Shown in pieces: positions 1 to 9,276 of a stretch of 64,000 nucleotides of DNA (position 1 is its first letter; each line of letters starts with the position of its first letter). Position numbers and translations under genes: made by a program. Origin of the DNA: an uncultured Candidatus Saccharibacteria bacterium (lineage in GTDB: Bacteria; Patescibacteriota; Doudnabacteria; UBA920; 2-01-FULL-46-14); assembly GCA_964360335.1 (NCBI GenBank), contig CAYHVH010000001.1:23426-87425 (forward strand), given 5' to 3'. The notes below the pieces were generated by a model. That model did not search any database. It was not told where the DNA came from and saw only the letters and a program-made list of their open reading frames with translations.

Positions 1-46
1 GATTTCACTAAATTTTTAACTTCAATGACGTTATTCATACTTGTTC

Positions 47-132
47 TGTCATCCCGGCCAAGCCTGCCCCGTACTTGATACGGGGAGCCGGGATCCAGGA
101 AGTATGGATTCCGGATCAAGCCCGGAATGACA
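47..132. repeat. Family-B palindromic repeat, copy 1 (TGTCATCCCGGCC...GCCCGGAATGACA), overlapping the 3' end of the upstream ORF
   Basis: Terminal inverted repeat TGTCATCCCGG / CCGGAATGACA encloses a CCCCGTACTTGATACGGGG hairpin. Closely similar to copies at 48299-48324 and 49281-49325. Confidence 0.6.
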
Positions 133-481
133 ACTTGCGCGGTTTGGTTATATTTGGCTCCTTATCATATTTCGGTAAAACTATTTCCTTTATTTTTCCA
201 GACGGCCATTCGGCCACGGGAATACCTAAAGCATAGGCCAAAGCATTGGCTATGGCCACTCCGGTGCGCGTGGCAGAAAACGCCCCCGGGCCAGGATTAA
301 CGAGAATCTTAGTTAGCGCGGCGAGTTTAACTTTTTTCTTGCGCAAAAACTTCTCCAGTTCTGGAAGCAAGTTTTCCGAAAGACCTTCTACTGATTTTTC
401 CAGCCGAGCTAAAGTTTTCTGGTTTTCCAGAAGTGCAAGCGCCAAACGGCCCGATTGCGTTGTATCAATTAATAAATTCAT
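116..481 (-). CDS. Short TsaB/YeaZ-like protein (Kae1/TsaD-family inactive homolog), 121 aa
   Basis: N-terminus MNLLIDTTQSGRLALAL and a PGPGAFSATRTG motif resemble TsaB. The 3' end overlaps repeat copy B1, so the stop is likely supplied by the element. Confidence 0.4.
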   Translation of the reverse strand: MNLLIDTTQSGRLALALLENQKTLARLEKSVEGLSENLLPELEKFLRKKKVKLAALTKILVNPGPGAFSATRTGVAIANALAYALGIPVAEWPSGKIKEIVLPKYDKEPNITKPRKLSFRA

Positions 482-496
482 CCTATCTACTCACTA

Positions 497-1876
497 CTAT
501 CTACTAACTCCTAACTTTTTAAGTTCTTCCCTTGCCACCTCCCGCTCGTCCCAAGGCAGCTCCACACCGTCCACATTCAAGCTTTGCTCGTGCCCCTTGC
601 CCGTGATGGCCACCAAATCACCGCTTTTGGCTTGGTTGAGGGCAAATCTGATAGCTTCGCGGCGATCAGGGATGATAAACAAATCAGTATTAAGGCGCTT
701 GTTTTTTACGCCGGACGCAATTTCTTGGCAGATTTTCTCGGCTGGTTCCGACCGATTGTCCTCTCGGGTTAAAACTATGGAGTTGGCAAACTCGTCGGCG
801 GCGCTTCCCATCAGCGGCCGCTTGGTCGAATCACGCTCGCCGGCGGCGCCAAACACCATAATAATGCTGCCCGAAACTTTCGGCCGTAAAAACGACAGCA
901 ACTCTCGCAAGCCGTTCGGCGTATGAGCAAAATCCACCAGGACCAAAAAAGGCGCTTTGGTTTCCAAAAACTCCATCCGGCCGGAAACGGTTTTTATCTG
1001 ACTAAGCCCCTTTTGAATACTGGCCACTGGAATTTTGTAAGCTGTAGCTACGGCAATGGCCGCCAAGGCATTTTTGACATTAAACTGGCCGGGAAGGCTC
1101 AACTCTATGGGAAAGCCGCCTGCTGGAGTATGAACTGAGAGCTTGCTTCCTTCCAAACTTTCATTGATGTCGCTGGCCCAAATCTGTGCCCGACTACTGA
1201 AGCCGTAAGTAAGCAACCTCTCCTTTAATTCCTCCCCATCGCTTGGGGAGGAAGATCGGAAGGAAAGACCATCACCAGGAGACCCGCCTTCGGCAAGCTT
1301 CGGACGGGCAGGTGGGGAGAGGGGGAGAGAGGTCGAAATTAATTTCAATAGTTGTTCATAACTTTTATCCTCTCGGTTCAAAACCGCGTATTTCACATTT
1401 TTAAACACTTTTGCTTTTGCCCGCAAATACTCCCCATAAGTTTTATGATAATCCAAATGCTCGTGGGTGACATTGGTAATGACCGCCGTTTCAAAGGTAA
1501 TTCCCCATGTCCGGTATTGGTCTAAGGCGTGGGAGGTGACTTCCAAAACCGCGTACTGGGAGCCGGCTTTGACCATTTGCTGAAGCAGCCGTTGCAACAA
1601 AAAGGAGCTGGGCGTGGTGGTATGCAGGCCGGTGTCAAGCGCTTGTCGCCCGATCTGCGCATTAATTGTCGAGAGAAAAGACACTGGCAGCCCTGCGGCT
1701 TTCAAGATGCTCGCTACGAGATTAACCGTCGTGGTTTTGCCGTCAGTACCAGTGACCCCGATGACATGCAGTTTGCGGGACGGGAAGCCATAGATAAAAT
1801 TCGCGAGGATGGCTCCCGCGAGGTGGTAGTAATTGATAAGTTTTTGACCTAAAAATTTACGTAAAAAGTTTTTCAT
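497..1876 (-). CDS. murE: UDP-N-acetylmuramoyl-tripeptide synthetase (Mur ligase, MurE-like) carrying an in-frame repeat insertion
   Basis: P-loop GVTGTDGKTTT, Mur ligase middle and C-terminal domains, and a REDNRSEP motif (DNPR-like). 459 aa including a roughly 41-aa insert. Confidence 0.75.
   Translation of the reverse strand: MKNFLRKFLGQKLINYYHLAGAILANFIYGFPSRKLHVIGVTGTDGKTTTVNLVASILKAAGLPVSFLSTINAQIGRQALDTGLHTTTPSSFLLQRLLQQMVKAGSQYAVLEVTSHALDQYRTWGITFETAVITNVTHEHLDYHKTYGEYLRAKAKVFKNVKYAVLNREDKSYEQLLKLISTSLPLSPPARPKLAEGGSPGDGLSFRSSSPSDGEELKERLLTYGFSSRAQIWASDINESLEGSKLSVHTPAGGFPIELSLPGQFNVKNALAAIAVATAYKIPVASIQKGLSQIKTVSGRMEFLETKAPFLVLVDFAHTPNGLRELLSFLRPKVSGSIIMVFGAAGERDSTKRPLMGSAADEFANSIVLTREDNRSEPAEKICQEIASGVKNKRLNTDLFIIPDRREAIRFALNQAKSGDLVAITGKGHEQSLNVDGVELPWDEREVAREELKKLGVSR
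1213..1335. repeat. Family-A palindromic element inside murE, in frame (~123 bp)
   Basis: GCAACCTCTCC...CTCCCCATCGCTTGGGGAGG...GGAGAGAGGTCGAA. Encodes the loop SPGDGLSFRSSSPSDGEELKERLL. About 85% identical to the copy at 5981. Confidence 0.7.
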
Positions 1877-2008
1877 GAAACTTCCCTCCTCCCCAGGCGC
1901 CCGGCCTTCGTAGCCACTTCGGCGGAGTAGGCTGGGGAGGAGAAGGAGGAGAGGTCGAACTGTGGATCCTTGTATGCAACCTCTCTCCAGCTCTCCCCTC
2001 GCCAGGGG
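1872..2008. repeat. Family-A element, intergenic (murE start / ruvA stop), two units
   Basis: CCTCCTCCCCAGGCG...GGCTGGGGAGGAG...GGAGAGGTCGAAC and GCAACCTCTCTCCAGCTCTCCCCTCGCCAGGGGAGAGAG. Confidence 0.65.
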
Positions 2009-2021
2009 AGAGAGTTAAGCG

Positions 2022-2606
2022 TTATTGTTTCGCCAAAAGCCGCAACGCTTCCCGAATCCTTTCCTCGGAAGAGCTGAGGTTTTTCGGAATCTCCGCCAAA
2101 GCCTGCCGCGCCTCGGACCGGCTATAACCGAGCGCCAGCAAAACGTCCAGCACGTCGGCATGGGCTTTGGAGAGTTCGCGCAAGTCCTCTTCTTTGCCGC
2201 CCAAGTCCTCGCTGATCTTGTCTTTGAGCTCGACGATGAGCCGCTCGGCGGTCTTGCGGCCAATCCCCGAAACTTTGGTAAAAACGGCGGGGTCCTCATT
2301 AACAATTCCGGATTTGATCATCGCCAAGTCCGCCAGCGACATCACGGACAAAGCGAGCTTCGGTCCCACGCCCGAGACCGTGAGCAAGAGTTCAAAAAAC
2401 TCGAGCTCCGCAGTGCTGGTAAAACCATAAAGTGCGAGCTGGTCTTCGCGAACATGAGTATGAATATACAGCGAAAGTTTTTTGCCAACCTCCGAGGTCA
2501 AAGAAAGCTGGGGAATGACAAAAACTTTGTAGCCGACATAGTCGGTCGCCAGGATAATGTAGTTTTTGCGGATGGCTTTAACGGTGCCGGAGAGATAGCC
2601 GATCAT
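2022..2606 (-). CDS. ruvA: Holliday junction DNA helicase RuvA
   Basis: 194 aa. OB-fold N-terminus MIGYLSGTV, HhH motifs (LLTVSGVGPKLA, FTKVSGIGRKTAERL) and a C-terminal RuvB-binding domain. Confidence 0.85.
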   Translation of the reverse strand: MIGYLSGTVKAIRKNYIILATDYVGYKVFVIPQLSLTSEVGKKLSLYIHTHVREDQLALYGFTSTAELEFFELLLTVSGVGPKLALSVMSLADLAMIKSGIVNEDPAVFTKVSGIGRKTAERLIVELKDKISEDLGGKEEDLRELSKAHADVLDVLLALGYSRSEARQALAEIPKNLSSSEERIREALRLLAKQ

Positions 2607-2686
2607 GCAGGTATTATGCCTATTGAATAAGTTTTTTTCAATCTGCTAAAATGAAAGTTGACCCTGTCTAATCTAATGCTAATGCT

Positions 2687-2785
2687 GCCCTCTCCAGGCG
2701 TGGAGAGGGACTAAGGGAGAGGTCGCATTTGCGACATAATAAACGACCTCTCTTCCGGCCTCTCCCCACGCCTGGGGAGAGGAGA
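2687..2785. repeat. Family-A element, intergenic (ruvA / uvrB), two half-units; its 3' end GGAGAGGAGAAG lies at the Shine-Dalgarno position for uvrB
   Basis: CTCTCCAGGCGTGGAGAGGGACTAAGGGAGAGGTCGC ... CGACCTCTCTTCCGGCCTCTCCCCACGCCTGGGGAGAGGAGAAG, followed by the uvrB ATG at 2794. Confidence 0.65.
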
Positions 2786-2793
2786 AGTAGCTT

Positions 2794-4785
2794 ATGCAGA
2801 AATTCAAACTCGTCTCAAAATTTCAACCCGCGGGCGACCAACCCCAAGCGATTGAAAAACTCGTGGCTGGCATCAAAAAAGGCCATAATTTTCAAACCCT
2901 CCTGGGCGTTACCGGCAGCGGCAAGACTTTTACCATGGCCAACGTGATCCAGGAAATCCAAAAACCCACGCTGGTGATTTCCCATAACAAAACTTTGACT
3001 GCCCAGCTCGCCTCGGAATTCCAGGAATTTTTCCCGCAAAACGCCGTGCACTATTTCGTTTCCTATTACGACTACTACCAACCCGAGGCATATATTCCCC
3101 GCACTGACACTTATATTGAAAAAGAAACCGATATTAATGAGGAAATTGATAGGTTGCGAAATGCGGCCACCATGTCTTTACTGACCCGCAAAGACGTCCT
3201 GATTGTCGCCTCGGTATCCTGCATTTACGGCCTCGGCAACCCCAGCAACTATTTGGATTTGAGTCTGCTCCTCGAAACCGGCAAACCCTACAAGCGGGAA
3301 AAGCTTTTGCGGCGAATAGTGGATCTGCAGTACCTGCGCAATGACTTGGAACTGCGCCGAGGGACTTTCCGCTTGCGCGGCGACGTCTTGGAAATTGTGC
3401 CGGCGCACGAGGACCGAGTATTAAGATTGGACTTTTTTGGCGACACTCTGGAAAAAATCACGGAGTTCGAGGCGCTCACCGGCGAGGACGAAACAAAGCA
3501 CGACTCCTACCGCCTGTTTCCGGCCAAGCACTTCATCACCCCACACGACAAACTGCTTTTGGCCGCCGACAACATCCGCCAGGAACTGCGGGAGAGACTG
3601 CAGTATTTCAAAAGCCGCAATCTCCTTCTCGAAGCCCAGCGCATCGAACAGCGCACGAATTTCGACCTTGAGATGATGCTCGAGACCGGCTACGTCAACG
3701 GGATTGAAAATTACTCGCGACAGTTAGATTTCCGCAAACCGGGGGAACCACCCTCCACCCTCCTTGACTATTTTCCCGACGACTTTCTGTTGTTTATTGA
3801 CGAATCGCACATGACCGTGCCGCAAATTCGCGGGATGTATGAGGGAGATCACTCCCGCAAAAAAAACCTGGTCGACTACGGCTTTCGGCTGCCTTCGGCT
3901 CTGGACAACCGGCCTCTGAAATTTTCCGAGTTTTTGAAGAAAGTTGGCCGGGCGGTTTTTGTCTCGGCGACTCCGGCAGAATACGAAATCAACAAGTCCC
4001 GCCAAATCGTAGAACAGCTCGTGCGCCCGACGGGGCTCTTGGACCCGGAGGTTGAGGTCCGTCCAACCCGCCACCAGATTGACGACCTGCTCGAGGAGAT
4101 TCGGAAGCGCACCGACCAGGCCCAGCGCGTATTGGTAACGACTCTGACCAAAAAAATGGCCGAGGAACTCTCTGAGTACCTCAAGGAAATTGGGGTGAAG
4201 ACTCACTATCTGCACTCGGACATTGACACCTTTGAGCGCCTCGAGATCCTGCGCGATCTGCGCCTCGGAGTTTACGATGTAGTGGTGGGGATTAACCTTT
4301 TGCGGGAGGGCTTGGATCTGCCGGAAGTCTCCCTGATAGCGATCTTGGACGCTGACAAAGAAGGATACTTGCGCTCAAAAACCGCACTACTGCAGGTGAT
4401 GGGCCGCGCCGCGCGACATTTAGACGGCCACATCATCATGTACGCTGACCGCGTGACTGGCTCGATGCGCTCCGCCATGGACGAAGTCCAAAGACGCCGC
4501 AAAATCCAGGAGGAGTATAACCGGCGTCACGGCATTACCCCGCAGAGTATTATCAAAGAGGTCCGGGAAAGCCGTTTGGCGGGGGCAAAAATCGCTCCTG
4601 CAGAACAAAAAACTGAAATCGATTACGCCAAGCTCGACAAAAAAGAACTAAGATATTACCTTGAGGAGCTCAAAGACCGCATGGATTTGGCCTCAAAAAA
4701 TCTGGAATTTGAAAAAGCCGCCGCGCTAAGAGACGAGATCATCGAAATAAATAAAAGCCTCAAACGGACGAGGCATAAAGTTTGA
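2794..4785 (+). CDS. uvrB: Excinuclease ABC subunit B
   Basis: 663 aa. Walker A GVTGSGKT, helicase motifs, a UvrB interaction domain and a C-terminal UVR domain ([14 protein letters not shown]). Confidence 0.95.
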   Translation: MQKFKLVSKFQPAGDQPQAIEKLVAGIKKGHNFQTLLGVTGSGKTFTMANVIQEIQKPTLVISHNKTLTAQLASEFQEFFPQNAVHYFVSYYDYYQPEAYIPRTDTYIEKETDINEEIDRLRNAATMSLLTRKDVLIVASVSCIYGLGNPSNYLDLSLLLETGKPYKREKLLRRIVDLQYLRNDLELRRGTFRLRGDVLEIVPAHEDRVLRLDFFGDTLEKITEFEALTGEDETKHDSYRLFPAKHFITPHDKLLLAADNIRQELRERLQYFKSRNLLLEAQRIEQRTNFDLEMMLETGYVNGIENYSRQLDFRKPGEPPSTLLDYFPDDFLLFIDESHMTVPQIRGMYEGDHSRKKNLVDYGFRLPSALDNRPLKFSEFLKKVGRAVFVSATPAEYEINKSRQIVEQLVRPTGLLDPEVEVRPTRHQIDDLLEEIRKRTDQAQRVLVTTLTKKMAEELSEYLKEIGVKTHYLHSDIDTFERLEILRDLRLGVYDVVVGINLLREGLDLPEVSLIAILDADKEGYLRSKTALLQVMGRAARHLDGHIIMYADRVTGSMRSAMDEVQRRRKIQEEYNRRHGITPQSIIKEVRESRLAGAKIAPAEQKTEIDYAKLDKKELRYYLEELKDRMDLASKNLEFEKAAALRDEIIEINKSLKRTRHKV

Positions 4786-4850
4786 GCGATCCGAATGATC
4801 CTAATTTTCATCCGAATGTTCCAAATCAGGTAGATTGGGATCGCTTTTTT
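4786..4850 (+). terminator. Hairpin plus T-run after uvrB
   Basis: GCGATCC...GGATCGC stem followed by TTTTTTAT. Sits between convergent uvrB and rpsT. Confidence 0.45.
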
Positions 4851-5109
4851 ATATTTTCGCTATCGCCTGACTAAGCCGAGATTTCAATCGCGCGGCTTTG
4901 TTTTTGTGAATGACGTGCTTTTTCCAAGCCTTGTCGATTTGTTTGTAGGCAAGACTTAAGGCTTTGACCGCTTCTTCTTTCTTTTTCGCGGCCACGGCCT
5001 GGCGAACAGACTTTACCGCATCCTTGTACTTCCCAATAGTCACTAGGTTAATCGTCCGTCTGCGACGGCTCTGTCTCATCGCCTTGGCTGCAGATCGCGT
5101 AATCGGCAT
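4849..5109 (-). CDS. rpsT: 30S ribosomal protein S20
   Basis: MPITRSAAKAMRQSRRRRTINL...; 86 aa from an internal ATG. The longer 110-aa ORF has an implausible hydrophobic leader. Confidence 0.85.
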   Translation of the reverse strand: MPITRSAAKAMRQSRRRRTINLVTIGKYKDAVKSVRQAVAAKKKEEAVKALSLAYKQIDKAWKKHVIHKNKAARLKSRLSQAIAKI

Positions 5110-5177
5110 GATAGTAAAAAAATAAAATTCAAACGTTAAATGACGTAGCGTTACATTAGCAAAAAAGGGAAACCCGG

Positions 5178-6410
5178 TCAACCCCGGAACAGCTTGTAAA
5201 GTTTAAACAGCGCGTAAAATGCCCGATTCAAAACCAGATCCCGGGCGCCGACACCGTAGACTTCCTTGCCCGTCACTCCGGCCGTGACATACCGGGTTTT
5301 GAACCGGGTAATCCCAGCCCAAGGATGGTCTGGTTCGTTCGGCGGGGCGACGCCCCACAAATCATACCATTTTTTGCCGCGTTGTCTGCTTAATTTGATT
5401 GCTTCCCAAAGGACAAGGCTTGGAGCATTGGCGGTTCGCTCTTTGGCAGAAGAAGCCGCGTACAAATAAGTTCCGGAATCACCGAAAAGCATAATGACGG
5501 CGGCAGCCAGGATTTCGCCTTGATATTCGCCGACCAGAAGCTCGGCGTGGGGTGCAAGCGACCTCTCCTTTGGTCCCTCCCCACGCCTGGGGAGGGAAGA
5601 AGAAAATAAAGCTTCTACTTGCGGAGTATTTGACCCCTCCTCAACCCTCCCCTCCTGCCCGTCCGGCAGGCGGGCGTCAGGAGAGGGAGTCATGAAGATA
5701 TCACGGAATTTCATGAATCGCTCGCGCGGCCAAGATACAATCCCGTCTCGTTTGGTGGTTTCCTCCAAAAGCTTCAAGAAAATTTCAAAAGCCCCTTTGT
5801 CTTGAGTCGCTACTCGCACTTTTACTCCCCTGCGCTGGGCGAGGCGGATATTGTAGCGGGATTTTTCGTGCATATTCTCCAAGAGTTCTTCCTCGCTTCT
5901 GCTTAAATCCACCAAAATCGTGCGAGCTGGCTCCATCTGCCGAAGCAAAATCTCGGGCTTTCTGAAACCCAGACCTGCAAGCGACCTCTCCTTCAACTCC
6001 TCCCCATCGCCTGGGGAGGAAGAGACAGAAGGATGCGGCGGATTAATTCTCGCCAAAACGGATTTTTCCTGCCGGCCGATTTCTTTGATTTTTTCTATCA
6101 AGGCCTGCATACCCCCTCTCCACTCTCCCCCTAAGTTAGGGGGAGAAAAAGAGGGGGTACCGCCCAATTCATGATTCGTAATTCTTGATTCGTCGAAAAT
6201 CGGTCCCTTCGGCACTTCCAAATAAGTTCTGCCAAACGGCAGCCTTTTTATTACGACTTGCGCTAAAAGCTGGTTCTGGATATCGAAGCGATAAACTTTG
6301 TGGCCGAGAGCGGCTTGAAACTGCCCCCATTGCCAGGACTGGAGGAAAGAGGAAGGAGAAGAGTTCCTGGCTACAAATTCATTCCAATTATCTTTAGAAA
6401 GTAGATTCAT
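5178..6410 (-). CDS. FemAB-family peptidoglycan aminoacyltransferase (lipid II amino-acid transferase-like) carrying two in-frame repeat insertions
   Basis: FemAB/FemX-like N-terminus (SSFLQSWQWGQF) and C-terminal GNAT-like fold. 410 aa including inserts. Confidence 0.65.
   Translation of the reverse strand: MNLLSKDNWNEFVARNSSPSSFLQSWQWGQFQAALGHKVYRFDIQNQLLAQVVIKRLPFGRTYLEVPKGPIFDESRITNHELGGTPSFSPPNLGGEWRGGMQALIEKIKEIGRQEKSVLARINPPHPSVSSSPGDGEELKERSLAGLGFRKPEILLRQMEPARTILVDLSRSEEELLENMHEKSRYNIRLAQRRGVKVRVATQDKGAFEIFLKLLEETTKRDGIVSWPRERFMKFRDIFMTPSPDARLPDGQEGRVEEGSNTPQVEALFSSSLPRRGEGPKERSLAPHAELLVGEYQGEILAAAVIMLFGDSGTYLYAASSAKERTANAPSLVLWEAIKLSRQRGKKWYDLWGVAPPNEPDHPWAGITRFKTRYVTAGVTGKEVYGVGARDLVLNRAFYALFKLYKLFRG
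5566..5690. repeat. Family-A element, in frame in the FemAB-like gene (unit 1)
   Basis: GCGACCTCTCCTTTGGTCCCTCCCCACGCCTGGGGAGGGAAGAAG... Encodes ...SLPRRGEGPKERSLAP... Confidence 0.65.
5981..6160. repeat. Family-A element(s), in frame in the FemAB-like gene (unit 2 plus a nested palindrome)
   Basis: GCGACCTCTCCTTCAACTCCTCCCCATCGCCTGGGGAGGAAGAGACAGAAGG (encodes SPGDGEELKERSLAG) and CCCCCTCTCCACTCTCCCCCTAAGTTAGGGGGAGAAAAAGAGGGGG (encodes GTPSFSPPNLGGEWRGG). Confidence 0.65.
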
Positions 6411-6501
6411 AATTATACGCTCGCCATTCTGGAGTCCCGCCCTCTGGCGGGACGATAGAATCCTAGAGATCCTTCCCCCTCGACTACGCTCGGGGTCAGG
6501 A

Positions 6502-9276
6502 TTACACGGCTTGCCGTGTCATCTCTTCCCAATTATCGCCGAACTTGGCTTCCACGACGAGGGGAACTTTGAGTTTATAAATATTCTGCATGATTTTGGT
6601 AATTTTTCCGGCATAGTCATCAACTTTCTTTTCGGCTATTTCAAACACCAGCTCATCGTGAACCTGTAAGAGCAACCGGCAATCCTCGCGAGACGTCAAA
6701 TTTTCCTCCGCCAGTTTGTTCATCGCCAGTTTGATAATATCCGCCGAAAGCGATTGAAACGGCATGTTGATGGCCGCTCGTTCAGCAGCGGCGCGAACTG
6801 GCCACTGCGAAGAATTAATCTCGGGGAGATACCGGAGTCGCCCGAGTTCGTTTTTGACGTAGCCCGAGCGGCGCGTTTCCCCAACTATTTCCTCAAGGTA
6901 GTGAGTCAAGCTGTGATAGGTTTCGAAATATTTATCGATAAAATCTTGGGCTTCGCCTTGGGACACTCCTTTGATCCGGCTCTTGAGACCATAAGCGGAA
7001 AGGCCGTAGAGTACCCCGAAATTTATGGTCTTGGCATCTCGGCGCATTTCCGGGGTAATTTCGACCTCTCCTCCAGCTCCTCCCCTCGCCAGGGGAGAAG
7101 GGAGGGATTGAAAAATCTCGCGAGCTGTTGCTTCGTGAATGTCGCCGCCTTCGTGAAAAACTTTAATCATTTTCTCGTCGCCCGACAAATGGGCGGCCAG
7201 ACGAAGCTCAATCTGGGAGTAGTCCACGGACAGCAATTTATACCCTGTTTCGGCAACGAACGCCCCGCGGATTTTTCGACCAAACTCGGTGCGGATCGGA
7301 ATGTTCTGGAGATTCGGTTCGCTGGAGGACAATCGCCCGGTGGCAGTAACTGTCTGGTTAAAACTTGTGTGTAGCCGCCGCGTTTGAGGACTAACCAAAT
7401 CCGGCAAGGCATCTAGATAAGTATTTTTAAGTTTCGTTAATTCCCGCCATTCCGATATCAAATCAATAATCGGATGCAATCCTTTGAGCTTCTCGAGTTC
7501 CGTGGCCGCCGTGGACAGGCCGGTTTTGCCTTTTTTGAGCTCCTCGGTGGGAATCCCCAATTTCTCAAATAATATCTGTTTTAGCTGGATCGGGCTGCCG
7601 ATGTTAAATCTCTCGCCCGAAAGCCGGTAAATCTTCTGTTCGAGTTTCGAAATCTCCGCCGTGGCCTCGGCCGACAACTCCTTCAAGCACGACGGATTGA
7701 CCTTTACTCCCCAGCGTTCCATTTCCGCCAAAACTCTCACCAGCGGCATTTCGATCTCATAAAAAATTTTCTCTAAATCTTTACTTCTTAGCTCTTTTTC
7801 CAGTTTTTGTTTTAGCCGGAAAGTGTAGTCCACATCCTCGCAACAGTAAGCCGCGACCTCTCGGACCGGCACTTCGGCCATGCTAATCTCTTTTTTGCCT
7901 TCGCCAATCAAACTTTTAATCGGGGTTTTCCGGAAGCCAAACTCGGTAAAACTTAGGGTGTCCAAATCGAAATTCCGCGCCCCGGGGTTTAAAAGATAGG
8001 CGGCAATCATCGTGTCAAAAAACTCTCCTCCCAAAATCACTCCGGCCTTTTGCAAAATCAAATAATCATACTTGAGATTATGGCCGATTTTCAGAACTTC
8101 CGGATTCTGCAAAATTTCCGTGAGGGCCGGGGAAATCATCGCCGCCGGCAGGTAAAAGGCCCGGTTTTCTTGCCACGCCAACCCGAGGCCGAGAAGCTCA
8201 GCCTGCATCGGGTGAACCGAGGTCGTTTCGGTATCAATAGCGATTTGTTTCTGCCTCTCAAGCTCAGTAATGATGCTTTGGAATTTTTTCGGCGTATCAA
8301 GGAGCTGATAGTCAAATTCCTCCTCGCCCCCTCTGCTCCCTCGAGCTCTACTTAGGGCAGGCTCATGAGGGGAGTGGGGGATGTCAGTCTTTGGCAGTTT
8401 ATCCAAAAGTGAACGGAACTCCAGCTCCTGAAAAAGTTTAAAAACTTTCTGTTCATCATAAGCCAGAAGCCGGGCCTGGGTTAAATCCAGTTTCACCGGG
8501 AGGTTTTTGACGATTGTTGCCAATTTTTTGGAAATTTCCGCATCCGCCCGGTGTTCCAGAAGCAGTCGAGCGACGCGCGGCTTGAGCGCCGAGTGGTCTT
8601 TGCCGACTAAATATTTATAAATTCCTTCCAAGGTCTTAAATTTTTGCAGGAGCTCGGTCGCGGTTTTTTCCCCGATGCCTTTGACCCCGGGAATGTTATC
8701 CGAAGGATCACCGCGCAGGGCTTTAAAATCTAGAAGTTCCTCGGGTCTGAGGCCATATCGCTCCCGAACCGCCCCCACGTCATAAAGTTTGGTTTCGGTC
8801 AAGCCTTGCTTAGGAGCATAGACTTTCACCCGTTCGTCTACTAATTGCAGGGTGTCCAAATCCCCGGTTAAAATCACAGTATCCAAATCTTCCTGCTTCC
8901 GGGCTTTTTCGGCCAGAGTGCCAATCAAATCATCAGCTTCATAACTTTCCAGTTCATAGACTGGAAGATTAAAAGCTCTGACCAATTCTTTGACGCGGGG
9001 AATTTGCTCATAAAGTTCGGCGGGGGCTTTAATTCTTGTTGCCTTATAAGGCTCATAAATTTTTTCCCGGAAAGTTGGCGCCGGAAAGTCAAACGTCACT
9101 GCCACGTACTCGGGCCGCAGTTCTTTGAGGGCTTTCAAAAACAACAGGGCAAAACCGTAAACGCCGTTTACTGGCTCGCCCTTTTTGGTGGACAGGTGAG
9201 GAATCGCGTGAAAGCCGCGGTGGACCAAAGCATTGCCGTCTACCAATAATAAAACTGGTTTATCTTTGCTGGACAT
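6502..9276 (-). CDS. polA: DNA polymerase I
   Basis: 924 aa. 5'-3' exonuclease, 3'-5' exonuclease-like and polymerase domains (motif RRDAKTINFGVLYG, and the motif-C region SQIELRLAAHLSGDE). Two in-frame repeat insertions. Confidence 0.95.
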   Translation of the reverse strand: MSSKDKPVLLLVDGNALVHRGFHAIPHLSTKKGEPVNGVYGFALLFLKALKELRPEYVAVTFDFPAPTFREKIYEPYKATRIKAPAELYEQIPRVKELVRAFNLPVYELESYEADDLIGTLAEKARKQEDLDTVILTGDLDTLQLVDERVKVYAPKQGLTETKLYDVGAVRERYGLRPEELLDFKALRGDPSDNIPGVKGIGEKTATELLQKFKTLEGIYKYLVGKDHSALKPRVARLLLEHRADAEISKKLATIVKNLPVKLDLTQARLLAYDEQKVFKLFQELEFRSLLDKLPKTDIPHSPHEPALSRARGSRGGEEEFDYQLLDTPKKFQSIITELERQKQIAIDTETTSVHPMQAELLGLGLAWQENRAFYLPAAMISPALTEILQNPEVLKIGHNLKYDYLILQKAGVILGGEFFDTMIAAYLLNPGARNFDLDTLSFTEFGFRKTPIKSLIGEGKKEISMAEVPVREVAAYCCEDVDYTFRLKQKLEKELRSKDLEKIFYEIEMPLVRVLAEMERWGVKVNPSCLKELSAEATAEISKLEQKIYRLSGERFNIGSPIQLKQILFEKLGIPTEELKKGKTGLSTAATELEKLKGLHPIIDLISEWRELTKLKNTYLDALPDLVSPQTRRLHTSFNQTVTATGRLSSSEPNLQNIPIRTEFGRKIRGAFVAETGYKLLSVDYSQIELRLAAHLSGDEKMIKVFHEGGDIHEATAREIFQSLPSPLARGGAGGEVEITPEMRRDAKTINFGVLYGLSAYGLKSRIKGVSQGEAQDFIDKYFETYHSLTHYLEEIVGETRRSGYVKNELGRLRYLPEINSSQWPVRAAAERAAINMPFQSLSADIIKLAMNKLAEENLTSREDCRLLLQVHDELVFEIAEKKVDDYAGKITKIMQNIYKLKVPLVVEAKFGDNWEEMTRQAV
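7061..7106. repeat. Family-A element in frame in the polA fingers region
   Basis: TCGACCTCTCCTCCAGCTCCTCCCCTCGCCAGGGGAGAAGGGAGGG. Encodes SLPSPLARGGAGGEVE immediately upstream of the RRxxKxxNFG O-helix. Confidence 0.65.
8318..8385. repeat. Degenerate family-A-like palindromic insert in the polA interdomain linker
   Basis: CCCCCTCTGCTCCCTCGAGC...GAGGGGAGTGGGGG. Encodes HSPHEPALSRARGSRGGEEE. Confidence 0.4.

Noticed and set aside
246-926. 226-aa plus-strand ORF overlapping the TsaB-like and murE genes
   Set aside because: It is antisense to two well-supported genes, its composition is Ser/Arg/Leu-rich and low-complexity, and it has no homology signal.
2015-2630. Several ORFs (2015..2305-, 2025..2630+, 2167..2430+) overlapping ruvA
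   Set aside because: They are antisense or shadow frames of ruvA, partly generated by the GC-rich repeat at 1872-2008.
6410-6501. Hairpin GTCCCGCCCTCTGGCGGGAC between the FemAB-like gene and polA as a terminator
   Set aside because: There is no adjoining T/A run on either strand. It may still be a structural element, but it cannot be called an intrinsic terminator.
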